DNA from: a virus
Reading direction: 5' to 3' (one strand)
Virus record (IMG/VR): IMGVR_UViG_3300049002_000011
Coordinates: 6,995-70,994 of that record
Length of the DNA stretch: 64,000 bases
Shown: positions 38,697 through 46,186 of the stretch, in pieces
Position numbering within the stretch: position 1 is the first letter of the stretch
Layout of the letters: every line of letters begins with the position of its first letter
The notes under the pieces: model-generated
Databases searched by the model: none
Seen by the model: the letters and a program-made list of their open reading frames with translations, nothing else
What the model was told of the DNA's origin: nothing
Translations under genes and position numbers: made by a program

Positions 38697-39503
38697 TCAA
38701 GACGCCAGGCCTGCGGCTGGCTGTGCTTTTCGGCCCGCTCCATCAATACTCCCAGGAGGATCAACGCCAAAGTCTTTGGCGCTATAAACGCGTTCGGCGC
38801 GAATCTGCGCTTCGAAGCAAGGTAAGTTTTTGATGAACAAACCAACGAGAAACGGATCGTAGTGGGAGCCCGAGCCATCGAGCACGAGGTCGATCGCCGC
38901 CTGGCGGGTCATGCCTTTTCGATACGGTCGATCTTCACGTACCGCGTCGAAGCAATCGACGATCGAAAGCACGCGCGCGGTTAGTGGAATTGCAGCGCCG
39001 CTCAGCCCGTCCGGATAACCAGCTCCGTCCCAACGTTCGTGATGGTGACGCACGCACGAAACGATCGGAAACTCAAAATCGATGTGTTCCAGGATCTGAG
39101 CGCCGACGATGGGGTGCAACTTCATCCGATCGAATTCATCGGCAGTTAACTTGCCGGCTTTGCCGAGAATATTATCCGGCACGCCGATCTTCCCAACGTC
39201 GTGCAGCAACGCGCCTTCTTCAAGCGCGCGTATCTCGAGCTCGCTGCAACCTGCCAGTCGACCAAGGCCCATCGCGTAGATCTGGACGCGCCGAACGTGG
39301 TCAAAAGTCAGTCTGTCCTTTGCGTTGATCGCAGTGGCGAGAGCTTCAATCGTACGTCTCTGCATCTGCGAAGACATTGTCCTTACAACGCTCGGTACCC
39401 ACCGATGCATACGCAGCAGCAGATAACCAATCAAAATTGTGATGAAAATACGCCAGAAAAATGCTACATCAAGGGCCAAACCGGGAAAGATAAAGGCATC
39501 CAT
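38697..39503 (-). CDS. membrane-anchored HD-GYP cyclic dinucleotide phosphodiesterase
   Basis: N-terminal TM; DHVRRV, LHDVGKIG, HHERWDGAGYPDGL, VDCFDA, RPYR. Confidence 0.9.
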   Translation of the reverse strand: MDAFIFPGLALDVAFFWRIFITILIGYLLLRMHRWVPSVVRTMSSQMQRRTIEALATAINAKDRLTFDHVRRVQIYAMGLGRLAGCSELEIRALEEGALLHDVGKIGVPDNILGKAGKLTADEFDRMKLHPIVGAQILEHIDFEFPIVSCVRHHHERWDGAGYPDGLSGAAIPLTARVLSIVDCFDAVREDRPYRKGMTRQAAIDLVLDGSGSHYDPFLVGLFIKNLPCFEAQIRAERVYSAKDFGVDPPGSIDGAGRKAQPAAGLAS

Positions 39504-39562
39504 ACACGAAGTTCCTCAGAAAGCAGGGGGGGCCGAAACGCAGGGTTGTTGGTTGACTCTGA

Positions 39563-40135
39563 TGCAGGGAGATGCGGCTTTAGTTTCACGTGAAACATGA
39601 TCCACCGCGCTGCCTCGCAAAGATGCGACAACACACCGCTTTACGTCAATAGCAACGGATGAAGCAATGGTTTCACGCGCCGTGAAACACGACGAGGGAC
39701 GCCCTCCCAAGCGTCCCTCGCTCGCTCCCGCCGGGAGCGAATCGGTCTCAAGCTGAGCCCAGGTGCTGACCTCCTCCGCTTGAGCACTTGCCTTTAAGTG
39801 CCGCGGATTCTCGCACACGCGCAAATCTTGTAAACTGGTTTTTGAGCGTTCGTTGCGTGGCATCGGTTAGCTGGGAGTGCGTGGGCGCACAGGCCTCGCC
39901 TGATAAGCACGTGGATCGGCCTCGAGGTTTGCCGTTCAGAGCGGCGCCGGAAGCGAGCCATGAAAAATCTCTCTTTCCGCTCATCGAGTAAGGCGGACGG
40001 CGAACGCTCCCCGTTCGTAGCTTATTAAACGACAACACGCACACGACCTCGCAATGCAAACTTGAGAGCAAACCGAGCGACGTAGCGCCGGGTCAACCTC
40101 AGACGTGCTCCGCACGCGGAGATACCCTCCCTGCA
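39563..40135 (-). ncRNA. candidate ~570-nt structured non-coding RNA (strand inferred from flanking genes)
   Basis: Ends pair (TGCAGGGAG/CTCCCTGCA); about ten internal hairpins of 5-10 bp; no credible ORF. Confidence 0.5.
39582..39597. promoter_or_regulatory. parS centromere-like site
   Basis: AGTTTCACGTGAAACA matches 15/16 of the canonical TGTTTCACGTGAAACA parS. Confidence 0.65.
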
Positions 40136-40177
40136 CGATAGCTATCCTTAACAGCACCTAGAAGCGTTTGCGATTGG

Positions 40178-40489
40178 TTATGCGCTGGCGTTGTCGGAGA
40201 CGAGTTTCTGTGAAATCGGAAGATTGACTGCTGTCATCTGTGAGAATAGCGTCTGTTTGCGCAACATTAGACGCTGCTCGCGTTTGGTCCGTGCCTGCAT
40301 CGTTCTCTCCATGATGTAACCGCACTCAACGCAACTGAGCGAAATGCCGGACATTTCAGCGCCCCATTCTACTTCCAACACTGTGCCTCTGAGTTCGAGC
40401 CGACATAGTTCGCAGAGCGTCACGACGCGAATCGCTTTCAGCGGACCGCGCGGTTTCCAGTGATAACGATTTACCTCGATACGTGGCAT
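40178..40489 (-). CDS. zinc-ribbon hypothetical protein
   Basis: CELC...CVECG. Confidence 0.5.
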   Translation of the reverse strand: MPRIEVNRYHWKPRGPLKAIRVVTLCELCRLELRGTVLEVEWGAEMSGISLSCVECGYIMERTMQARTKREQRLMLRKQTLFSQMTAVNLPISQKLVSDNASA

Positions 40490-40737
40490 TCCTTCACTGC
40501 ACCCAGCAATTGCATCACATGATTGAGCGATACCTGCGAGAACTCCACCGTGACCGCAGTCTCTTCCGGTTCGTCTGTCTGTGCGAGGACCTCGTGAACG
40601 CGCACGCTGATCACGCGGTCGCCCACGCGGAACACCTGCAATTCATCGCACCCATTGATTGAGTCGAACCGGCTGAGCAGCTCCACGAGCGGACGCGAAT
40701 CGTCTGCACCATTGTTTTTCTGAGTTTGAGTTGCCAT
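40471..40737 (-). CDS. hypothetical protein
   Basis: 88 aa, GGAGG RBS. Confidence 0.55.
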   Translation of the reverse strand: MATQTQKNNGADDSRPLVELLSRFDSINGCDELQVFRVGDRVISVRVHEVLAQTDEPEETAVTVEFSQVSLNHVMQLLGAVKECHVSR

Positions 40738-40762
40738 TTGTATTCAGGAACCTCCAGAACTT

Positions 40763-40801
40763 AAAAACACGAACGGGAGGCGATTCGGCGCGCCTCCCGT
40801 T
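40763..40801 (-). terminator. intrinsic terminator (possibly bidirectional)
   Basis: 11-bp stem AACGGGAGGCG/CGCCTCCCGTT with T-rich tails. Confidence 0.6.
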
Positions 40802-40826
40802 TTCCGTGCATTGAGGGAAAGAAATC

Positions 40827-41342
40827 TCATTTCGCGAAGAACACGACCGTGTCGTCTCGCTTTTCCATCTTGACCGCGCCCACGCTGGCGGCGATCTTCG
40901 CGAGACGCAGTTCGTATTTGGCATCGAGCGCGGTGGCGCGCAGAGGTTTCGCTGACGTGTGTTTGTTAATCTTCGCGACTAATTCCTGCGTCGATTCACG
41001 CGCCATTACTCTCTCTTTCCACGTAGCGCCATCTTTCGAGGCGCGTGCCGCGCGAGCCTTTGTGCCTTTGGCGGTGGACGGTTTTGATTGTGGGACCTTC
41101 GCCTCCGGAACGCGCACGGCGAAGATCGGCGGATCGAATTTTGTGCTGCCGATCGCGTAGACGGATTTCACTACCGCGCCTTCAGGAACGCTGGTGGGTC
41201 GCTCTGCGTAGTAGGTCTTTCCGTGCATCGTAGGGTTATCGAGGTTGTTTATTCTCTGTCCAAAGGTGATGCCGAGCTTTTTGGCTTTCGCGGCGTTGTC
41301 ATTGCCAGTCGCTTTGCTTTTTTTGGTCGTCTTTTTAGCCAT
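40827..41342 (-). CDS. Lys-rich hypothetical protein
   Basis: 171 aa; RBS GGAGAACAAAACG; flanked by a promoter-like site and a terminator. Confidence 0.65.
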   Translation of the reverse strand: MAKKTTKKSKATGNDNAAKAKKLGITFGQRINNLDNPTMHGKTYYAERPTSVPEGAVVKSVYAIGSTKFDPPIFAVRVPEAKVPQSKPSTAKGTKARAARASKDGATWKERVMARESTQELVAKINKHTSAKPLRATALDAKYELRLAKIAASVGAVKMEKRDDTVVFFAK

Positions 41343-41944
41343 CGTTTTGTTCTCCGTCGATAATTGGAATTTGTTAAAGCAGGCATACTATTGCACCGCG
41401 CAACGGAAAAGCCAACTCCTTTTTTAGCATTTTCTGCCACGCGGTTTAACTGTCTTTTGCTGAGTGACGCGCGATTGCGCGTGCTCTGCGTTCCTCCGCG
41501 TTTTGGTCGCAGTCCGCGTAAATCCATGCCCGGATCGATCTGGTGCGTTCCTACGTCTATTCCTAATCGCCGCGCGTGTGTTTCAAGACGTGCGACGACC
41601 TCACGCAGCTCGACATCTGAGAATTTCCGATGACCGCGCCACCTCAGTTCCAGTTGGTGGTAAGCAAAGTCGCCCCACTTCGTTTTGAACCATTCACGAT
41701 AGGGCTTTTTGTTGTACGTGTGGCGCTCATTACAGGGCCAGCATTGGCGGTAACAATTGCCGCCACGCTGCACGTCCCATCGTGTTGAATGGTTCGTTCG
41801 ACCGAATAGGTGTCCACACGTTGGTTGCGCGACTGAGCCACACGTCACGCACGCGTGGTCCAGTACGATGACGATCGTGGACGTCAACTCATCCGCTCGA
41901 ATCACAAGCAGATCGCGTTCCGTTCGACGTGCTTGGTGTCTCAT
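41249..41944 (-). CDS. NinG/Rap-like HNH endonuclease
   Basis: CVTCG...CGHLFGR...STRWD...NCYRQCWPCN. Confidence 0.8.
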   Translation of the reverse strand: MRHQARRTERDLLVIRADELTSTIVIVLDHACVTCGSVAQPTCGHLFGRTNHSTRWDVQRGGNCYRQCWPCNERHTYNKKPYREWFKTKWGDFAYHQLELRWRGHRKFSDVELREVVARLETHARRLGIDVGTHQIDPGMDLRGLRPKRGGTQSTRNRASLSKRQLNRVAENAKKGVGFSVARCNSMPALTNSNYRRRTKRWLKRRPKKAKRLAMTTPRKPKSSASPLDRE

Positions 41945-42172
41945 CTAAGTGCCGACTTTTACTCTCGGTACACGGTGGCCAGCGTCAACGTAACGGTGAA
42001 TGAGCGTGGAGTGCGTTGAGTGCGTTGAGTCAGGTAAGTGGTCCGAAACCTCCTTTAGTGCCTTGACATCCGTGCGCGATGCCGGGTGACAGATTGCACT
42101 CTGACCACAATTGCATGACCCACACTTGTTGGGTTCGTGAGTATTATGGTTACAGTCTGGACAGCGTTTCAT
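41945..42172 (-). CDS. small Cys/His-rich protein
   Basis: MKRCPDCNH..H...C..CNC; GGAGCAAACG RBS. Confidence 0.55.
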   Translation of the reverse strand: MKRCPDCNHNTHEPNKCGSCNCGQSAICHPASRTDVKALKEVSDHLPDSTHSTHSTLIHRYVDAGHRVPRVKVGT

Positions 42173-42217
42173 TTGTCGTTTGCTCCTTTCTAACATAATG
42201 AATTGTGCCGTGAATCA

Positions 42218-42661
42218 TTACGCTGGTTCTACCTCATCAGGCTCGGTGTTGCCGTCGTGAACGTACAGCGTTTGAGCAAGTTGCCGACCGATGCGAGCAA
42301 CGCAAATGCGGGCTGTTACTGGCGCGCACCAACCGCGCGGTGAGTAGTCAACGCATACATGCATTTCGTGTCCAGCTTTGCGTCCTCGCTTACTCATCAA
42401 CTGCTGTGCGCCCTCCAGATCCTTGTAAGCGCCGACGCATTCACCTTTGCGGCTATACACTTGAAACACTACTCCCCGCGGAAAGTATTCGACCCGTCTC
42501 CTTCCGTCCGTGAACGGCTCTGGCGGCAACCAGACGTAGTAGCCGCAGATCCTCAGCCTCTTACAGTCCGGTCCACCTTTCTTAGCACAGCGTTTTCCAC
42601 GCCGCTTGAAATCAGCGGCTTCTTGCGGCGTGAAACGGAACTCCGGAAGCATGTATGTCAT
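42218..42661 (-). CDS. hypothetical protein
   Basis: 147 aa co-oriented ORF. Confidence 0.5.
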   Translation of the reverse strand: MTYMLPEFRFTPQEAADFKRRGKRCAKKGGPDCKRLRICGYYVWLPPEPFTDGRRRVEYFPRGVVFQVYSRKGECVGAYKDLEGAQQLMSKRGRKAGHEMHVCVDYSPRGWCAPVTARICVARIGRQLAQTLYVHDGNTEPDEVEPA

Positions 42662-42927
42662 TTTTTACCTCGGCTTCGTGATCAACGTCTTCACGCAGTC
42701 GCCCGTGTCGCCATCGTAAATGTAGAGCCATACCGTTTCACCATCTGCGAGAGCTGCTCGGGCCTCGTCGCCCTGCATCTCTGCGATAGCACTCACGAAG
42801 GACGGAATACTTGCGCCGTGCTCACTCAAGAGACGTCGAAGAGTACATTGGCGGAACCATAGCCCACCCGGTTGTTTGTTGGGCGCGATGCGCTCGAGGT
42901 GAATGCCCGCACCTGGAATTTTGTACT

Positions 42928-43284
42928 TCATCGCGGACCTCGTTTCGTCCACTGTTGCGGCGTCATGACTACGTTTCGGATCGGACACCAGACCGTGACG
43001 CAATTGACCTTGACTATCCGAGAATCATTGCGAGCCTGGGGAAGTTGTCTGCACCAGGGGCAAACATCATTCGATAAGTCGATCACGCGCAGCAGAATCT
43101 GGTCAGCCTCAAAGCGGTAGGTCGTCTCTACGTTCCCCTCGTGCTCGAATCGCACACACACATCGACGTCGTCCTTCACGTCGATGTAACGGATGGACCT
43201 GGTTTCGATGTCTCCGAAAATCACAGAGTCGTCTTGGACCAACTCTGCCGCAGTGATTTGTTCAAAAAACATGCGTTGGCTCAT
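42928..43284 (-). CDS. hypothetical protein with C-terminal zinc ribbon
   Basis: CPWC...C...C; GGAGCAAACG RBS. Confidence 0.55.
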   Translation of the reverse strand: MSQRMFFEQITAAELVQDDSVIFGDIETRSIRYIDVKDDVDVCVRFEHEGNVETTYRFEADQILLRVIDLSNDVCPWCRQLPQARNDSRIVKVNCVTVWCPIRNVVMTPQQWTKRGPR

Positions 43285-43517
43285 CGTTTGCTCCCTTTCC
43301 CTGTTGTCTTTCTTTTCCGATCAACGTTGATGCGGCGCTGCGCCTCAATAATTCCTTTACGCAACTCTTCGCTTAGTTGAATTGCATCATGCACAGGCAG
43401 ATCGAAGAAAACGCTAACCACTTCATTCGTTAGTTGAATCTCGACCTCGCCGACCGCCTGCACGTTTGCATGTACCGACAGGTACAGCCTCTTGTGTTTT
43501 GTCTTTACTTCAATCAC
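43281..43517 (-). CDS. hypothetical protein
   Basis: GTG start overlapping upstream TGA with GGAG RBS. Confidence 0.5.
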   Translation of the reverse strand: MIEVKTKHKRLYLSVHANVQAVGEVEIQLTNEVVSVFFDLPVHDAIQLSEELRKGIIEAQRRINVDRKRKTTGKGSKR

Positions 43518-44134
43518 GCCGGCAACTCTCCTTTCATTTTTCCGGTGGTTAAAATCGTCAGCAGCCGCAGAGCTAGCATTCGTTCCTGCATCGTCTTGCC
43601 TTTGGTCGACGCCTGCATTGCCTGTTGTGTCAGCGTGGTGCGACGTTTGGGCCACAGATCAGGCCCGCGGTGCCCGAGCTGCCACAGATGCAGCCATGTC
43701 TGCCAGTACATGCCGTTCTCTTCGCGGTCCTGAACGATCGTGTGCATCACGAGACCTGAACGGCGGTTGGCTTCGCGCTCGCCCATGTGTTCATCGACGA
43801 AGGCGCAACCAAAAGGCGACACGGAATGAACCGCGCAGCGGCCGTCAACAAAGTGAATGCACGCTCCTGTTTCACTTGCGCGGGGAATGATCGTGGGGAT
43901 TCTGAGTAGCCCTTCTTTGTTGGCGACGACCGCGCCGGGAGAAGCCGTCAAAAACTTCTCAGCGTAAGCGAGCCGATCGGTGTAGCCGGCTGCGAGGGGC
44001 ATTTGAATGAGATCGAGCGGTGAAAGGTAACCCGGCATATACGAGCAAAACTTCGCGCAGTCGTGACACATGCACGTGGTCCGCTCAAACCCGTATTCGT
44101 TTCGTGGTCCGTTTGTTAGTGTCGTTGGCATCAT
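43514..44134 (-). CDS. YkgJ-like Cys-cluster (Zn/Fe-S) protein
   Basis: CMCHDCAKFC...GACIHF..GRCAVH...PFGC. Confidence 0.65.
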   Translation of the reverse strand: MMPTTLTNGPRNEYGFERTTCMCHDCAKFCSYMPGYLSPLDLIQMPLAAGYTDRLAYAEKFLTASPGAVVANKEGLLRIPTIIPRASETGACIHFVDGRCAVHSVSPFGCAFVDEHMGEREANRRSGLVMHTIVQDREENGMYWQTWLHLWQLGHRGPDLWPKRRTTLTQQAMQASTKGKTMQERMLALRLLTILTTGKMKGELPA

Positions 44135-44260
44135 TAGCCTCGCGTGTTGGGTGTGTTGAGACAGCATCGAGTCGTGCACCGCAGCGGGGGCAAGTCTTAC
44201 GACCGCCCCGCAACGGCAACCACTCGCGACCATACGAGCATTGCACTTCGCGTTTGCCGC

Positions 44261-45286
44261 TCATGCACGCTTCGCCAGTGAGAACTTGCGGCGCCGTACG
44301 ACGACTGCTTTGTCGAGCTCGCCTTTGATGCGTTCGAACTCTTTCAGCACGGCGGTGCGCGTATCCACGTTGTCACGCAAACGTTCGGCCGTGACGCCAG
44401 TCACTGCCTGGCGCGCGCGTTTCGCGAGTCGATTCAGCTCTTCGACGTTCGTGATATTGCGTGCTTCGAACGACGCCAGGAATTCATTGATGCGCTGGAC
44501 CATCGAATCACGGAACACGTTTGGTTTGCCCTCTTCGTCAGTGCCAAGACGGCTAACAGCGTGCGCGATGATCTCCTGATATCCGACGGCGAGTGCTCGC
44601 GGAATATCCGCGGCCGCGTCCTGCCACTGGGCTTCGACTTTGCGTTGCTGCCGCTCCCAGATTTCACGATTCACCTTTTCGAGCTGCGTTGGCAGACTGA
44701 GCGACGGTCGCCAGTTCGCGTCGACTACAAAAGCCTTACGTAGTTCCTTCGGCGTGGGATAATCACGCTGGTCGAAGTGCTCGGCGAGACGTCTGCGCGC
44801 TTCTGACACCAGCTCGTCATAGCGCTCGATCAATCCATCGAGCAGCTCGTCTCGTTTCTCGATGAACGCGGCAACTTCGTCATCAACTTTGTCCACCAGG
44901 CCAAGAGGGATCACGTACATCCCGCCTCGCAGCATCCGCTCGGGCAACGGCACTTCCTGTAACCACAGCCAACGCGTTAGAGCGCCCTTTGACTTGCTCA
45001 ACTCACAGAGCGCGTCCTTGTCGATCAGATCCTTCGAGACATGCACCATGCTTGGATCTACGCCCGCCTCGTCGGTGTCTCGGTCGCCGTTTTTGATTAT
45101 GTCCTCACTGTTGATCTTCTTGCGGAATGAGGGTGCATGAACGCGCAGGTCCAGCACCACGCTGTTCTCAATCACTGCCTGAGTGTCGGCGTCCAGAATG
45201 CGCGGTTGAATGACACGCAGCTTGCTACGGCGCAACGCGTCGGGCGTGCCGCTCTTCTTTGTCTTTTTTAATGTCGATGCTTTCAT
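44261..45286 (-). CDS. DUF3150-like protein
   Basis: VSKDLID, GMYVIP, EARRRL..HF...DYP, KPNVFRDS motifs. Confidence 0.6.
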   Translation of the reverse strand: MKASTLKKTKKSGTPDALRRSKLRVIQPRILDADTQAVIENSVVLDLRVHAPSFRKKINSEDIIKNGDRDTDEAGVDPSMVHVSKDLIDKDALCELSKSKGALTRWLWLQEVPLPERMLRGGMYVIPLGLVDKVDDEVAAFIEKRDELLDGLIERYDELVSEARRRLAEHFDQRDYPTPKELRKAFVVDANWRPSLSLPTQLEKVNREIWERQQRKVEAQWQDAAADIPRALAVGYQEIIAHAVSRLGTDEEGKPNVFRDSMVQRINEFLASFEARNITNVEELNRLAKRARQAVTGVTAERLRDNVDTRTAVLKEFERIKGELDKAVVVRRRKFSLAKRA

Positions 45287-45316
45287 GTCGTTTGCTCCTT
45301 TGTTTGTGGTCTAAGT

Positions 45317-45598
45317 TCACTCTAATGGCAGCGATTTAGATCGCGCGTCTTTCAGCACGATCGGAAACGCGGCGATTAAAGCGTCAGCTTGCTTTTTGTC
45401 GCGAAAGAAAAAGGCGCGGTTCCAGTTCGAGGATCCGAAATAAGGAACCCCGGACAGGTAACGGCCGTCTGCCAGTACGATGTGAGTCCGAGTGCCATCG
45501 CCCGGCTCTTTCGCCTCGTCGATCTTTGTGAGCATGTCTCGAACTCCGTCCTGTTCTCGAACCAAATCGGGCAGTTGAGATTGCTTTGCTTGCTTCAT
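45317..45598 (-). CDS. hypothetical protein
   Basis: 93 aa co-oriented ORF. Confidence 0.5.
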   Translation of the reverse strand: MKQAKQSQLPDLVREQDGVRDMLTKIDEAKEPGDGTRTHIVLADGRYLSGVPYFGSSNWNRAFFFRDKKQADALIAAFPIVLKDARSKSLPLE

Positions 45599-45613
45599 GT
45601 AGTTCCCCCGCTT

Positions 45614-45829
45614 TCAATGAGTGTGTTTGTGGCCCTCTTCGGCCTCGTGGAAATGATGGTGATGGGCGTGCCCGATTTTCTGTTCGCGCACTTCGCCGCC
45701 GGCCAGGCGCGCGATGTTCTCAAGGAACTGATCCGCCGCCTGGTGCGCTGGTCCAGCCATGTCGCCAGTCTCAGTTTTGATTGTGCCGTCGTCGAGAATT
45801 GTGATTCTCATCTCTCCTTTACCCAACAT
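45614..45829 (-). CDS. DUF2997-like protein with His-rich tail
   Basis: MRITILDDGTIKTET..M.G.AH...FLE..A..AGG. Confidence 0.6.
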   Translation of the reverse strand: MLGKGEMRITILDDGTIKTETGDMAGPAHQAADQFLENIARLAGGEVREQKIGHAHHHHFHEAEEGHKHTH

Positions 45830-45833
45830 GGCG

Positions 45834-46169
45834 TTAAAACCTCCTCTTTGCTGTCATTACGTTGGCGTCATTTGTAGCCGTGAGTTTCCAGCCGAAACGA
45901 GAAGCGGACTGCTTCACCACTTCGAATGAATAGGCCCGTTTGATTTCGTTGACGATAGAAGCGTCGCTCTCGCGCACGACCATCGTGCCATTCGTCAAAT
46001 TGATCTCCGCGCGCCGGGAGTCTTTGCTGACGCTAATCACTCCATCTTTGGTTGCGTTGGCGCTGAAGCCTTCTTTGACCAACCCGCTTACCAGGATTTC
46101 CGCATTCTCGGCTTTAAACGCCACTGTCTGTTTTACGTCGACTGCTCTTTCGGTATAACAAGGCATCAA
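45834..46169 (-). CDS. DUF1257/Ycf35-like protein
   Basis: IKRAYSFEVVKQSASRFGW; lies between AAA ATPase and DUF2997-like gene. Confidence 0.6.
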   Translation of the reverse strand: MMPCYTERAVDVKQTVAFKAENAEILVSGLVKEGFSANATKDGVISVSKDSRRAEINLTNGTMVVRESDASIVNEIKRAYSFEVVKQSASRFGWKLTATNDANVMTAKRRF

Positions 46170-46186
46170 TCGATCCTCCTTTTTTG

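Noticed and set aside
39504-40177. c-di-GMP riboswitch, group II intron, hammerhead, RNase P or tmRNA upstream of the HD-GYP gene
   Set aside because: Could not find the diagnostic cores (GGCAAAC..GAAA..GACGCAAAG, domain V, CUGANGA/GAAA, GAGGAAAGUCC, tRNA-like ends) on either strand
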